Assembly (NCBI GenBank): GCA_902496125.1
Contig: CABUZU010000001.1
Span: forward strand, 1-51,505
Reading direction: 5' to 3'
DNA length: 51,505 nt
Origin: an uncultured Lachnospiraceae bacterium
Lineage (GTDB): Bacteria; Bacillota; Clostridia; Lachnospirales; Lachnospiraceae
In this document: piece by piece, positions 20,233 to 29,955 of the stretch
How the letters are laid out: the number at the start of each line of letters is the position of its first letter
Position numbering within the stretch: position 1 is the stretch's first letter
Notes under the pieces: model-generated
What the model was told of the DNA's origin: nothing
The model's database searches: none
The model's input: the letters and a program-made list of their open reading frames with translations, nothing else
Translations under genes and position numbers: made by a program

Positions 20233-20244
20233 TTACAACCCAGA

Positions 20245-20460
20245 CTGTAGAATGCCAATTCCATCTGGTGGTGGTAATGGTTGCTCTGCCGTTTTATTAA
20301 TAGCCTTCAAAATTTTTTTATGATTATATGGAACAAGCTTTTTTAAGTCTTTCTGAGCTTCTTTAATATACTCGATTTTTCATTCCATTTACAGTATTCC
20401 TCACTCTAATTCTACTTCTACATCTTCTAAATCTTTCTTCTGTAATACCAAGTGATTCCA
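20245..20460 (-). pseudogene. Degenerate type II toxin-antitoxin remnant (antitoxin C-terminus + RelE/ParE toxin N-terminus)
   Basis: Minus strand reads ESLGITE..DLEDVEVELE*, then ATG 20388 ME*KIEYIKEAQKDLK..(frameshift)..KKILKAINKTAEQPLPPPDGIG, truncated next to parS. Confidence 0.65.
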
Positions 20461-20488
20461 TCCCTCAAAAACATAAAATAATTTGTGT

Positions 20489-22348
20489 TTATTCTTTATG
20501 CCAAATTGTCAAAATGCCATCAAGTGATTCATATTCAAAATAACCATTCTCTTTCAACAGTTCTATTAAGTTTTCATAACCATTATTTAGACCGCCTGTC
20601 GCATATTTTTTATATGAATTATTTACCGAAATATTTAATACAACATAGTCGGTCTCCAGTAGATGTTCTTGAGAACAATATTCTACATCATATAATATTT
20701 CTCTCTGAGAAAGATATGTAGTGTAAAATGTAGTGGCAGTAACTGATGCCCCATCAGGAATCATATCTAAGGTGTCACGAATATTCTGATAATATCTATA
20801 CTGCTGGACTGCCTGTACGGGATAATTAACTGCTTTCGGAACAACTACTCTAGCAAAACACCCTACGCTTATAACAGCAGATGAAATCAAAATTAATATT
20901 CGTTTCCAGTTAATCTTTAAGTCAGCAAGATTTATAACCATCAGATACGCAAGAAATGCATTAGAACCAAATGTGTACTGAAAAAAAATATCATGCTGAT
21001 ATTTATAGTCTGGCATGAGATTTACTAAGATATAAGGAATTAGTAAAATGTATCGCTCATATCGTCTTGTCAACAGCGGAAGTCCCAATAAAGGTAAAAG
21101 TGTCAAGGCAATAAAATATAGTTTTTCTGTGTCTACACACTCATAAATTGTTTTCATAGGATTGAGAATCACCGACTTAATAACGGTAATCAATGAGGTC
21201 GATCCATCATACATAAAATTGCTATAACGGTATGTCATAACACCGTCTCCGTGTTCTGACAGATATCCAGTAACAACAACGAACCAGCAAATGGATATCA
21301 CAAGCAAAGCAAGCCCAGTTATAAGATTTTGTGAATCCAATTTATTGAACCGTAAGACAGTTTTAGCAATCAGCCACAGAGCAATCACCGCCACATATAC
21401 AGCAGCGTCCTCTTTGACCATCAATGTGAGTACAGAAGCAATAATGGTAATCGCTATACTCTTTTTGTCGACACCGTAGAACAACCAAAGAAGCAAAGAA
21501 GTTAAGAAGCAGTTTTCGTGAATGTCATAACTTGTACCACCAGAAAAAGCCGGATATAAAAGCAGGACCAAACACATCAACATTCTCTGTGCACCTGTCA
21601 GACCATGATACTTTCCAATTTTCCACAAAGGGATTACTGAAGAAGTTATGACTGCTGCTTGAAGTACCTGTAAAGTGGCAGGAGTTGGGACCAACCAGTA
21701 AAACGGCAACATTAAATAATAGATTGGTGAAACATGGACGGCAAAATGGGACAGTAAACCGTTGCGCTCAACTGTGGTCATAGGCAAACAAGACTCTTTC
21801 ATATTATAGAACATTTGAGAAAAAATACCGAAGTCATAAGTCGGTGAACTGAAACTATACACACGTCCTACCGTCCATGCACTAGCAAACACCCCAAAAG
21901 CTATCGACAATCCTACAGTTATCCAAACATAGACTTTATGTGATTTCTTTAGCTCGATAATTGGTTCCTCACTTTTATCCCAGCCATAAATATTGAAAAC
22001 AACTAAAATAATCAACACTAATATGCAAACCGTAAGAAAAGCCCCTGTGGAATTTGACAACAAGGCAATAATTGCAAGAACGGCAAATGCTATAACAATG
22101 CTCAATCGCTCCGCTCTCTCTATTTTTGCAATGTAAGATATTCTAACCAGTAGGATAGTGAGGATACAGGCAATTCCAATTATCCGAATCAAGGACATTT
22201 GTGCCAGACCCGCTAGTTTTGCTAGATCTCGCAATTCGTTAGGCAGAATGGAATACTCTATTACAACAGCCAATAACCATGAAAGGATAATGTGGCGAAC
22301 AAAATCGGCAACATTAAATGAATTGCAAAAAATTTTAAAATTAGACAT
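20489..22348 (-). CDS. DUF2079-type polytopic membrane protein (GT-C-like)
   Basis: YDFGIFSQMF, SHFAVHVSPI, YDIHENCF, VKEDA and FQY motifs; RBS AGGAGGT supports start at 22348. Confidence 0.8.
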   Translation of the reverse strand: MSNFKIFCNSFNVADFVRHIILSWLLAVVIEYSILPNELRDLAKLAGLAQMSLIRIIGIACILTILLVRISYIAKIERAERLSIVIAFAVLAIIALLSNSTGAFLTVCILVLIILVVFNIYGWDKSEEPIIELKKSHKVYVWITVGLSIAFGVFASAWTVGRVYSFSSPTYDFGIFSQMFYNMKESCLPMTTVERNGLLSHFAVHVSPIYYLMLPFYWLVPTPATLQVLQAAVITSSVIPLWKIGKYHGLTGAQRMLMCLVLLLYPAFSGGTSYDIHENCFLTSLLLWLFYGVDKKSIAITIIASVLTLMVKEDAAVYVAVIALWLIAKTVLRFNKLDSQNLITGLALLVISICWFVVVTGYLSEHGDGVMTYRYSNFMYDGSTSLITVIKSVILNPMKTIYECVDTEKLYFIALTLLPLLGLPLLTRRYERYILLIPYILVNLMPDYKYQHDIFFQYTFGSNAFLAYLMVINLADLKINWKRILILISSAVISVGCFARVVVPKAVNYPVQAVQQYRYYQNIRDTLDMIPDGASVTATTFYTTYLSQREILYDVEYCSQEHLLETDYVVLNISVNNSYKKYATGGLNNGYENLIELLKENGYFEYESLDGILTIWHKE

Positions 22349-22409
22349 AAAAAGTACCTCCTGTACCAATAGTGTACAAGAGGTGTCTTTCATAAATTTG
22401 GAATAATTC

Positions 22410-24008
22410 TTACAAATTTCTTTCAATTTTAGGAAGTTCTACAATAGCACCAAATTGATCTCCGTCTACCAATACTCTAAATAAACCACCGACAGATTCT
22501 GTATAGGTTTGAGCAATTGCAAGACCTAAACCGCTACCCTTTGTAGAACGAGATTTATCCCCACGGGCAAATCGTTCTATGATTTCGTCTGGCTTGAAAT
22601 CCATCTCATAAGAGGCAGTATTCACCATACGGATAAAATAATTGTTCTCTGTTTCCTTGACCTCAAGATAAATTCGGGTGCCGGTTAATGCGTATTTGAT
22701 TGCATTACCCAAAAGATTCGCAAATACTTGGTGCATTCTCGCTCCATCAGTAATGACAGGGAGCGTTTCAGCACAATAACTACGTTTCACAGTAAGACCA
22801 GAATTCACAAGCTGATCGTCAAATAATCCGATCGTCTGTTCCAATAATCGAATTAGATCAATTTGGTCTTTCTTGCTTTCTATTGCGCCACTAGATACTT
22901 TGGTTAACTCAAAAAGAGATTCTACAAGATCATTCATATAAACAGCTTTCTGATGCAGATAGCGAAGCTGTTCTTGTCCCTTGGGAGATAGTATTTCATT
23001 TTGCAGAAGTTCGCTATAACCAATAATAGATGTAAGCGGTGTACGCAGATCGTGAGATACATTGGAGATCAATTCGACCTTGAATTGTTCACTGGTGACA
23101 GCAGTACGAACCGCTTCTTCATGCTGAACTTGCACATCCAGAAGCTGAGCTTCCGTTTGAGCAAAAGTGCCGTCACCCACCGTGATGGGCTTACCCTTCT
23201 GATAGTTATTAAGCTGTTTCTTGAAATGATTGAGATCCGTTCCGTATTTCCAAAGGCACAGAAATCCAATAACTGATATTGCTATAAACTCAAAGACAAT
23301 AAACCACAATGCTTCGTATATAAAATTCGCATCTAAGAAAATACCAAAAAAACAAAGTAGCACGATCCAAGGAATAACAATCCATCCAGCAAAGATCAAC
23401 AAAGAAATTTGTGGAATAGTACATCGTTTAGTAATTCTATGAACCAAACACCAAGACACAGAAAACTTTGCCCTTATCCATCCAATCAGCTCACGAACAT
23501 TCAATAAAACTAAAAATATACTGATAATCCTCGAAAACACGCGTAATATATTAATCATAGAACTTTGCGTGTATTCTGTATAAAAAGTCGCATTATATAC
23601 CATCGCTAACAAAGCCAGTATCAGACTGACTCCATCTGGTCCAAAGAAAGGCATAGTCTGGAATAATACGACAATTGCTATAAAAGCAACGACAACAGAA
23701 ATCAAAGAAAGGATAGAGCCTATCATCCTTTCAGAAAGATAATTCTTTTTCTCAGTTGTGCTAAATGTCTTTGATTGGGTTAAGTCAATATCAGAAAATG
23801 ATTGATCAATTATATCACTCTCAAGACTTTCTTCTGGTGATGTTGTTGTAGGATCTCCTGTTTCCATCATTGTTATGGATACCGTAGTTTCATCGGTGTT
23901 GTCATCTTCTTTAATAATATTGTTCAACATTTGTTGTCCTAAGGTCCAACAAAATGCTGCTATGAAAAGTAGAATAAATGCAACTACATTATGTCGTTTC
24001 AAAAACAT
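22410..24008 (-). CDS. Sensor histidine kinase
   Basis: H-box NVSHDLRTPLT, N-box NLLGNAIKY, G-box GSGLGLAIA; several TM segments. Confidence 0.93.
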   Translation of the reverse strand: MFLKRHNVVAFILLFIAAFCWTLGQQMLNNIIKEDDNTDETTVSITMMETGDPTTTSPEESLESDIIDQSFSDIDLTQSKTFSTTEKKNYLSERMIGSILSLISVVVAFIAIVVLFQTMPFFGPDGVSLILALLAMVYNATFYTEYTQSSMINILRVFSRIISIFLVLLNVRELIGWIRAKFSVSWCLVHRITKRCTIPQISLLIFAGWIVIPWIVLLCFFGIFLDANFIYEALWFIVFEFIAISVIGFLCLWKYGTDLNHFKKQLNNYQKGKPITVGDGTFAQTEAQLLDVQVQHEEAVRTAVTSEQFKVELISNVSHDLRTPLTSIIGYSELLQNEILSPKGQEQLRYLHQKAVYMNDLVESLFELTKVSSGAIESKKDQIDLIRLLEQTIGLFDDQLVNSGLTVKRSYCAETLPVITDGARMHQVFANLLGNAIKYALTGTRIYLEVKETENNYFIRMVNTASYEMDFKPDEIIERFARGDKSRSTKGSGLGLAIAQTYTESVGGLFRVLVDGDQFGAIVELPKIERNL

Positions 24009-24693
24009 ATCCTATCCCCCAAACCACTTTCAAATACTCCGGTTTCTTTGGATTTAACTCCAACTTATTCCTGATACGACTGATATGAACCATGACCGTG
24101 TTTTCAACTGCATAAGCATCACTCTTCCAAACTCGCCCATAAATTTCTTCTGCTGAATATACCCTGTTTGGATTGGACATCAGCACTTTGAGAATCTTGA
24201 ACTCTGTTGCAGTAAGTCGAACTGACTGACCACGGACAATGAGCTGTTTGGTAACTGTATTCAGAACAATATTACCTGCTTTTATTTCAGCGTCAGATTT
24301 TGTTTCACGAATAGAACCAAAATCGTCATATCTGCGAAGAAGTGCCTTAACTCTGGCAAGCAACTCCTGTTGGTAGAAAGGCTTTACTAAGTAATCATCC
24401 GCCCCTGCTTCAAGCCCAATTACACGGTCTGACCCCTCTGCCTTTGCGGATAAAATAAGAATAGGGACGTTGTTGTTTTTACGAATACGCATGGTAGCGA
24501 TAATGCCATTGCACTGCGGCATCATAACATCCATAATAATAAGATGTGGATGGTTTGTATTTACGATATGGCAAGCAGCTTCTCCATTATAGGCAGTCAA
24601 CACTTGGTATCCTTCTTGCTTCAAGGAAGTTTCAATGATATTAACAATGGAAAAGTCATCATCAACAACAAGAATTTGATATGTATCTTCCAT
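23989..24693 (-). CDS. OmpR-family response regulator
   Basis: VVDDD, MDVMMP, GADDYLVKPF, VHISRIR and VWGIGY motifs. Confidence 0.95.
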   Translation of the reverse strand: MEDTYQILVVDDDFSIVNIIETSLKQEGYQVLTAYNGEAACHIVNTNHPHLIIMDVMMPQCNGIIATMRIRKNNNVPILILSAKAEGSDRVIGLEAGADDYLVKPFYQQELLARVKALLRRYDDFGSIRETKSDAEIKAGNIVLNTVTKQLIVRGQSVRLTATEFKILKVLMSNPNRVYSAEEIYGRVWKSDAYAVENTVMVHISRIRNKLELNPKKPEYLKVVWGIGYVFETT

Positions 24694-24919
24694 GAAAAAT
24701 CTCCTTTCATTGAATAATTATAATATTATTATGGAATAAAATTATAAAATTTTATTCCTCTAATACTTTTCTCATTCAAAATTTATCTTATAATTATATT
24801 ATTTGAAATAAAAAATGTAAATAGTACAAATTAAGTAAGTTTTTGCTTGCCCTTGTTAAAATATCTTTTATTATATCCTCTCTTTTATAAATTACAAGTA
24901 AACACCTTGCTTCCCTTCT

Positions 24920-25749
24920 CTAAGATAAATATTGTGAGGTCTCTTTACACATATCATATTTAACTCTGTAATCAAAGTAAATATCACATGTTGTTGGTGC
25001 ATTGTAAATTGTTGTAATTATATAATTTTTTATTGATGAAATCTCTCCTGTAAAATCTTGAAACACCAATTTGATATATTCAAGATGTTTATACCTTATT
25101 TTTCTGAAACGCCCTTTCACCAATTCAACAGGTAAATCTAATTGATTAACTCGAATCGTTGTATCACTTGGCATATTTAAAATTTCTGTCATGAGCAAAA
25201 CAATATTTTCAATAAAAGTATCTTGCATCTGTGGTACATATCCAATCTGTTCCATCACATCTACTTCTGATATGATATGATTGGATAAGATATTATTGCT
25301 TATAGTATTATTATTTATAGTATTATTATATAGACCTACCTTTTTCAGACCTTCAAATTGAACACCTTCATTTTGAACCCCTACAAAACGTGGGTGTGGC
25401 TCTTCTAATATTTCCATATCTACATTTTGTAATGGTGGATTCGGTTCATCTAATAATTCATATTCATAATAATATCTATTATTTTCATCTTTCAACTTAT
25501 ACTGGATGAGATATCCTTGTGTTTTGAGTTCTTTCCACGCACTGCTAAAAGCTCTCTCACCTTCAATACATTTACTCTGTAAAAATCCCTTATACAATGT
25601 AAAATCTTCTAGTGATATGTATGATTGAATTAACACATATAAACCTTTCGCCTTTAATGAAAGATTCTCATCTCGTATTGCAATATTGGAAACCATCGAA
25701 AAATTTACTCTTTTCTTACGAAATTTTCCACCTGTCTTACTACTGACAT
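24920..25749 (-). CDS. Phage/ICE-type replication-initiator-like protein (HTH + DUF6017-like C-terminus); 5' end frameshifted
   Basis: 'RDENLSLKAKGLY...AWKELKTQGYL' HTH and 'VKGRFRKI...IKNYIITTIYNAPTT' tail. The ATG with an RBS at 25749 is out of frame with ORF 24920..25696. Confidence 0.65.
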
Positions 25750-25936
25750 TTTACCTCCTAATCTAATATAAGTCTAATATACTCATTTAAAAATCGTGTT
25801 TTTGAATTTATTTTATTATATATTGGCTTTATAAAAATGTCAATACAAAAAATCTATATTTTCGACTTTTCCCAATGTATAATTGACTTTCTTATTTACA
25901 AATACTATAATAGTTCAAAAGTAAAGGAGATTTCAA

Positions 25937-26152
25937 ATGCTTCAGTATTATAGATTATTCGACTATTTAAGAAAACACAATATTCGTCAAAAAGATTTAT
26001 TAAATGAAAAAATCATAAGTAGTGGAACCTTACAAAAATTAAGAAATAATGAAAGTGTAAACACTTCAATCTTAACAACTTTATGTGATTATTTAAACTG
26101 TGACCTTACAGACATTGTAGAATATGTTCCATCAACCAAAAAAGACGAGTAG
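25937..26152 (+). CDS. Cro/C1-type XRE HTH regulator
   Basis: ISSGTLQKLRNNESV...LCDYLNCDLTDIVEY; AAGGAG RBS and TTGACT-17-TACTAT promoter. Confidence 0.88.
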   Translation: MLQYYRLFDYLRKHNIRQKDLLNEKIISSGTLQKLRNNESVNTSILTTLCDYLNCDLTDIVEYVPSTKKDE

Positions 26153-26178
26153 CCAAATTAATTGCTACTCATCTTTTT
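26140..26178. terminator. Bidirectional terminator
   Basis: AAAAAGACGAGTAGC...GCTACTCATCTTTTT between convergent genes. Confidence 0.75.
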
Positions 26179-27344
26179 TATGAATTCCTATTACTTCTTC
26201 GATCACGATCACTCATTCGATAATATTCCTTTTTCTGTTCATACATCCCTTTATCAGCCTCTTTTACAAGCTCCTCAATCGAAAATTCTTTGTATTCTTC
26301 TGCAATGGCATATCCAACAGACAAACTCAATTCATCAACCTTTTGACCTGACCATTCACTTGTTTTTTTCTTCAATTCAAGAAGACTTGTCTCAATCTGT
26401 TTTTGTTTCATTGTAGTAAATACAACAAATTCATCACCACCGATACGGAATGTCTGCCCCTTCCTACCGATAGATGCTTCAATACACCTAGCAGCTCCAC
26501 AAATCAACTCATCTCCTGCCTCATGTCCAATTGAATCATTCACTACCTTTAATCCATTAATATCAACTAGAAAAACAACTAAATTATCTGGAAAACCTTC
26601 TGCATAAGTATCCATTGTATCCACATAAGCGAAACGGCTTAGAACCCCCGATAACGGGTCATTCGATAATTTTATCTGTTGTTCGGTAAGCTTTTCATCC
26701 AATCGAAGTTGGGAAAACTCCGAATAATGAATATACAAAAATATAGCAGCAAAAGCAGCGGTAAGATATGCCACACGGCATGTTCCTCCTGATAGCTCTT
26801 GTATTGCAATACCAAAATAGGCAAGAGCTATTGCTGTATAAAGCGAGCTTCTATTTTGTTTTTTAAAGGACTTTCCATAATCTAGCATTCGAATCATAAG
26901 GTCAATAATAATCAATATGTAAAAAACCCTATAAATTGGATAAAGTGGTCCATGCGTATAATAATTTTTATCATCAATGATAACCATCCAACCTTCAAAT
27001 GCAGATATTATCTGTATAATCGCATTTCCAATAAATATTTTTTGAAAAATCTTACTCTTTTTATCTTTTTCTTGCATCAGTAAAATCAATGCCCCACCCA
27101 TCATCGGTGTAAACGTATAGTCAGCTGCCTTTACTGCTGCTAGAATGCCTCTTGGAACATTTTCTTTTCCTCCAATACAAACTCCCGCATATTCGGCAAT
27201 TGCTGCTAAAGCAATCAAAATGTTAGTTGTAATAAAAATCCTCTTTTTGTTCCTAGGTAATCGATTGTTCTCCAAAATCAAAATAGAACTTACCGCAAGT
27301 GCCAATACTACTATTATAATTATTGATGTATAATAATTCATCAT
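26178..27344 (-). CDS. Membrane-bound diguanylate cyclase (GGDEF)
   Basis: About 7 TM segments, then DPLSG, DINGLKVVNDSIGHEAGD and RIGGDEF motifs. Confidence 0.92.
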   Translation of the reverse strand: MMNYYTSIIIIVVLALAVSSILILENNRLPRNKKRIFITTNILIALAAIAEYAGVCIGGKENVPRGILAAVKAADYTFTPMMGGALILLMQEKDKKSKIFQKIFIGNAIIQIISAFEGWMVIIDDKNYYTHGPLYPIYRVFYILIIIDLMIRMLDYGKSFKKQNRSSLYTAIALAYFGIAIQELSGGTCRVAYLTAAFAAIFLYIHYSEFSQLRLDEKLTEQQIKLSNDPLSGVLSRFAYVDTMDTYAEGFPDNLVVFLVDINGLKVVNDSIGHEAGDELICGAARCIEASIGRKGQTFRIGGDEFVVFTTMKQKQIETSLLELKKKTSEWSGQKVDELSLSVGYAIAEEYKEFSIEELVKEADKGMYEQKKEYYRMSDRDRRSNRNS

Positions 27345-27526
27345 CGTGTTTTCCTCAATTTCTCTCTATATCCTTCCATAACCAAAATAGGGACCTCTAA
27401 TGAGCCCCCTATTAATTACCACAATCAAAATTATTTATAATTTTTTATAGTATATTCCATATTTCAACAAAAATACAGTATTGATTTTTTAATTATTTTA
27501 TAGTAGAATAATTTATTACCTATTCT

Positions 27527-28006
27527 TTATTTCTCATTTACAAGTTTTCCTGTCATCTGTTCAATTTCTATCTCAAACATCTGAACACGATTTGCAGCTG
27601 AGCTTTTCATCTCTTCTTCTACTTCATCCATTGTAGGATAATATTTTATAGCCAGCCTTCTAAGTCTATCTTCTGCCACATTTTTATCTGCTACTAATTC
27701 CACCTTGCCAAATACAACAACACTCGTCGAATTCCATTCCCATCTTCCTTCTTTTTTGAAACCTTGATTCCAGACAGTGAAGCACACCTTATTACATTTT
27801 TTCATTGCATCTATCTTATGCCCTTCTTTTGCTCCATGAAAATAGATTTTTTTATCGTTTTCATCATAATAAAAATTAATTGGAACTGTATAAGGATATC
27901 CATCATCGCCTATTACTGAAAAAGCTGCCCTTTTTTCAGTTTCTAGTATCTTCTTACATTCCTCATCTGAAATCTGTTGTTTAAATCTTCTCATTCTTCG
28001 AAACAT
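27527..28006 (-). CDS. Pyridoxamine 5'-phosphate oxidase-like / NimA-family flavin-binding protein
   Basis: MFRRMRRFKQQ, GYPYTVPIN, IYFHGAKEGHK and SVVVFG motifs. Confidence 0.88.
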   Translation of the reverse strand: MFRRMRRFKQQISDEECKKILETEKRAAFSVIGDDGYPYTVPINFYYDENDKKIYFHGAKEGHKIDAMKKCNKVCFTVWNQGFKKEGRWEWNSTSVVVFGKVELVADKNVAEDRLRRLAIKYYPTMDEVEEEMKSSAANRVQMFEIEIEQMTGKLVNEK

Positions 28007-28042
28007 ATTAATATTCTCCTCTTTTTCCAAATCAAAGGTTAA

Positions 28043-28810
28043 TTATCTTTTTTTATAAAGAACCAATTCTGGATTTCTTCCATTTTCATCATACGTACAA
28101 ATCATAATAAAATCCATATTTGCAAGAACTCCAAAACATCTTTCTCCTCCAAATTCAGATTCTAATTGATTTCCTAAGTATGTTTTTTGATCGTCTAAAA
28201 ACTTAACCATCTTCCCATTTGGAAGTCTATATTCAAGATTTACATATTTTCCAACAAGTGCATTTAACTTCTCCACCTTAGGCAAGCCTTCTATCTGAAG
28301 CTCATTAATTTCATTCATTAATTTTAACTTAAACTCTTCAAATTGACCATTATCACTAAGCTCATCGTATCTTTTCCAATAGTCCAATTTGGGAAGTAAC
28401 TCTTTCATGTAAGAACGTGCTTGTTCTTCTGTAAAATCTTCATTTACCATATGTTTAATACAAACATCGATCAACTCATCCATATCGTTGTAAGTATAAG
28501 TTCCATCAGAATAGCACCATTTACAATAATCTTCATTTAACATTCCATCATTGTCTCGACCTAGAATTGCATCATCTTCAATTGGCATTCCACAACACTG
28601 GCAAATAAGTTTTCTAGGTGCCCCTAAAAGTGTATTAATTGAAACGTTAAATTCCTTAGATAAAAGTTTTAATGTTTCTGTATTTGGAACGGTTTCACCA
28701 TTTTCCCAACGAGACACGGCTTGTCTTGTAACTAAAACTTTCTTAGCTAATTCATCCTGTGACATTCCTTTTTGAGTACGAAGTTCTAAAATAATATTTT
28801 TTGTTTCCAT
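28043..28810 (-). CDS. XRE regulator with zinc-ribbon domain
   Basis: SQDELA...VTRQAVSRWENG HTH; CQCCGMP...YCKWCY. Confidence 0.88.
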   Translation of the reverse strand: METKNIILELRTQKGMSQDELAKKVLVTRQAVSRWENGETVPNTETLKLLSKEFNVSINTLLGAPRKLICQCCGMPIEDDAILGRDNDGMLNEDYCKWCYSDGTYTYNDMDELIDVCIKHMVNEDFTEEQARSYMKELLPKLDYWKRYDELSDNGQFEEFKLKLMNEINELQIEGLPKVEKLNALVGKYVNLEYRLPNGKMVKFLDDQKTYLGNQLESEFGGERCFGVLANMDFIMICTYDENGRNPELVLYKKR

Positions 28811-28888
28811 TGCAGTTACCTCCTTAAACTATATCATACATGAAAATATATTTTAGGAAAAGCAACTTATTGTTTCCCGTAAAAAATC

Positions 28889-29080
28889 CTATATCACTAC
28901 TAACAGCAATGTCCCTGCCACAATACATACCAATCCCAATGCAGCCTTTTTTGACAACTTTTCTTTAAAAACAATCCATAAAAAAATTAAAAACACGATT
29001 GTTTTAATAGCCGTTGCTACATCTGAATCTTTTTTTTGATTCCACATTTTATCTTCTCCTTTTTTATAGTAGCATTTCAA
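28889..29080 (-). pseudogene. EamA/DMT transporter remnant
   Basis: DSDVATAIKTIV joined directly to VFKEKLSKKAALGLVCIVAGTLLLV; most of the protein is missing. Confidence 0.55.
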
Positions 29081-29107
29081 AAATCAAATATCAAGTTCCT
29101 TTTTAAA

Positions 29108-29123
29108 TGTTTCACATGAAACA
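29108..29123. promoter_or_regulatory. parS site (1 mismatch) overlapping the parA promoter region
   Basis: TGTTTCACATGAAACA; extended -10 TGCTATAAT at 29146-29154. Confidence 0.82.
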
Positions 29124-29182
29124 TCTAGAATTGTCTAAGAAATGATGCTATAATCAATGAAAAAAGATTGGAGGAACGCAAG

Positions 29183-29944
29183 ATGGGCAGAATTATTGCA
29201 ATTGCTAATCAAAAAGGTGGCGTAGGAAAAAGTACTACCAGTATTAATTTGTCAGCCTGTTTAGCCGAAAAAGGTAAGAAAGTTTTAGCAGTAGACATGG
29301 ACCCTCAAGGAAATACAACAAGCGGTTTAGGTGTCGATAAAAATGAACAACAAATTACAATCAATGATATCTTAATTGGAGAAAATGAAATTGAGGAATG
29401 TATTTTAAAAGATGTTTTAGAAAATTTAGATGTTATTCCTTCTAATATGGAATTGTCTGGTGCAGAAATCGAATTAATTGGTGTTGACCATAAAGAATAT
29501 GTGTTAAGAAATAGTATTAACAAAGTAAAAGACAATTATGACTATGTAATTATAGATTGCCCTCCTTCTCTTAGCATTTTAACAGTGAATGCACTCACAA
29601 CAGCAGATAGCGTATTAGTACCCATTCAATGTGAATATTATGCATTAGAAGGATTAAGCCAATTAATTTATACCATTGATTTAGTTCAAAAACGTCTAAA
29701 TCCAAATTTGATTATGGAAGGTGTAGTATTTACGATGTATGATGCACGAACAAACCTTTCTCTTCAAGTAGTAGAAAATGTAAAAAACAATTTAGACCAA
29801 AATATCTATAAAACAATTATTCCTAGAAATGTAAGACTAGCCGAAGCTCCAAGCCATGGTATGCCAATTAATCTTTATGATTCAAGGTCATCAGGCGCAC
29901 AAGGTTATCGACTTTTAGCTGAAGAAGTCATCAACAATGAATAA
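29183..29944 (+). CDS. parA: Chromosome partitioning ATPase ParA/Soj
   Basis: ANQKGGVGKST, DMDPQGN, DCPPSL, PIQCEYYALEG and IPRNVRLAEAPSHG motifs. Confidence 0.97.
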   Translation: MGRIIAIANQKGGVGKSTTSINLSACLAEKGKKVLAVDMDPQGNTTSGLGVDKNEQQITINDILIGENEIEECILKDVLENLDVIPSNMELSGAEIELIGVDHKEYVLRNSINKVKDNYDYVIIDCPPSLSILTVNALTTADSVLVPIQCEYYALEGLSQLIYTIDLVQKRLNPNLIMEGVVFTMYDARTNLSLQVVENVKNNLDQNIYKTIIPRNVRLAEAPSHGMPINLYDSRSSGAQGYRLLAEEVINNE

Positions 29945-29955
29945 AGGAGGAAATA

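Noticed and set aside
25808..25818. 11-nt match (TTATTTTATTA) to the putative TnpB guide
   Set aside because: Low-complexity AT-only match, expected by chance in this genome.
27527..28006. Possible nitroimidazole resistance (nim) gene
   Set aside because: Family-level similarity only; resistance cannot be inferred from these motifs.
20245..29100. Intact prophage or ICE
   Set aside because: No integrase, relaxase, T4SS or structural genes visible; only relics and cargo.
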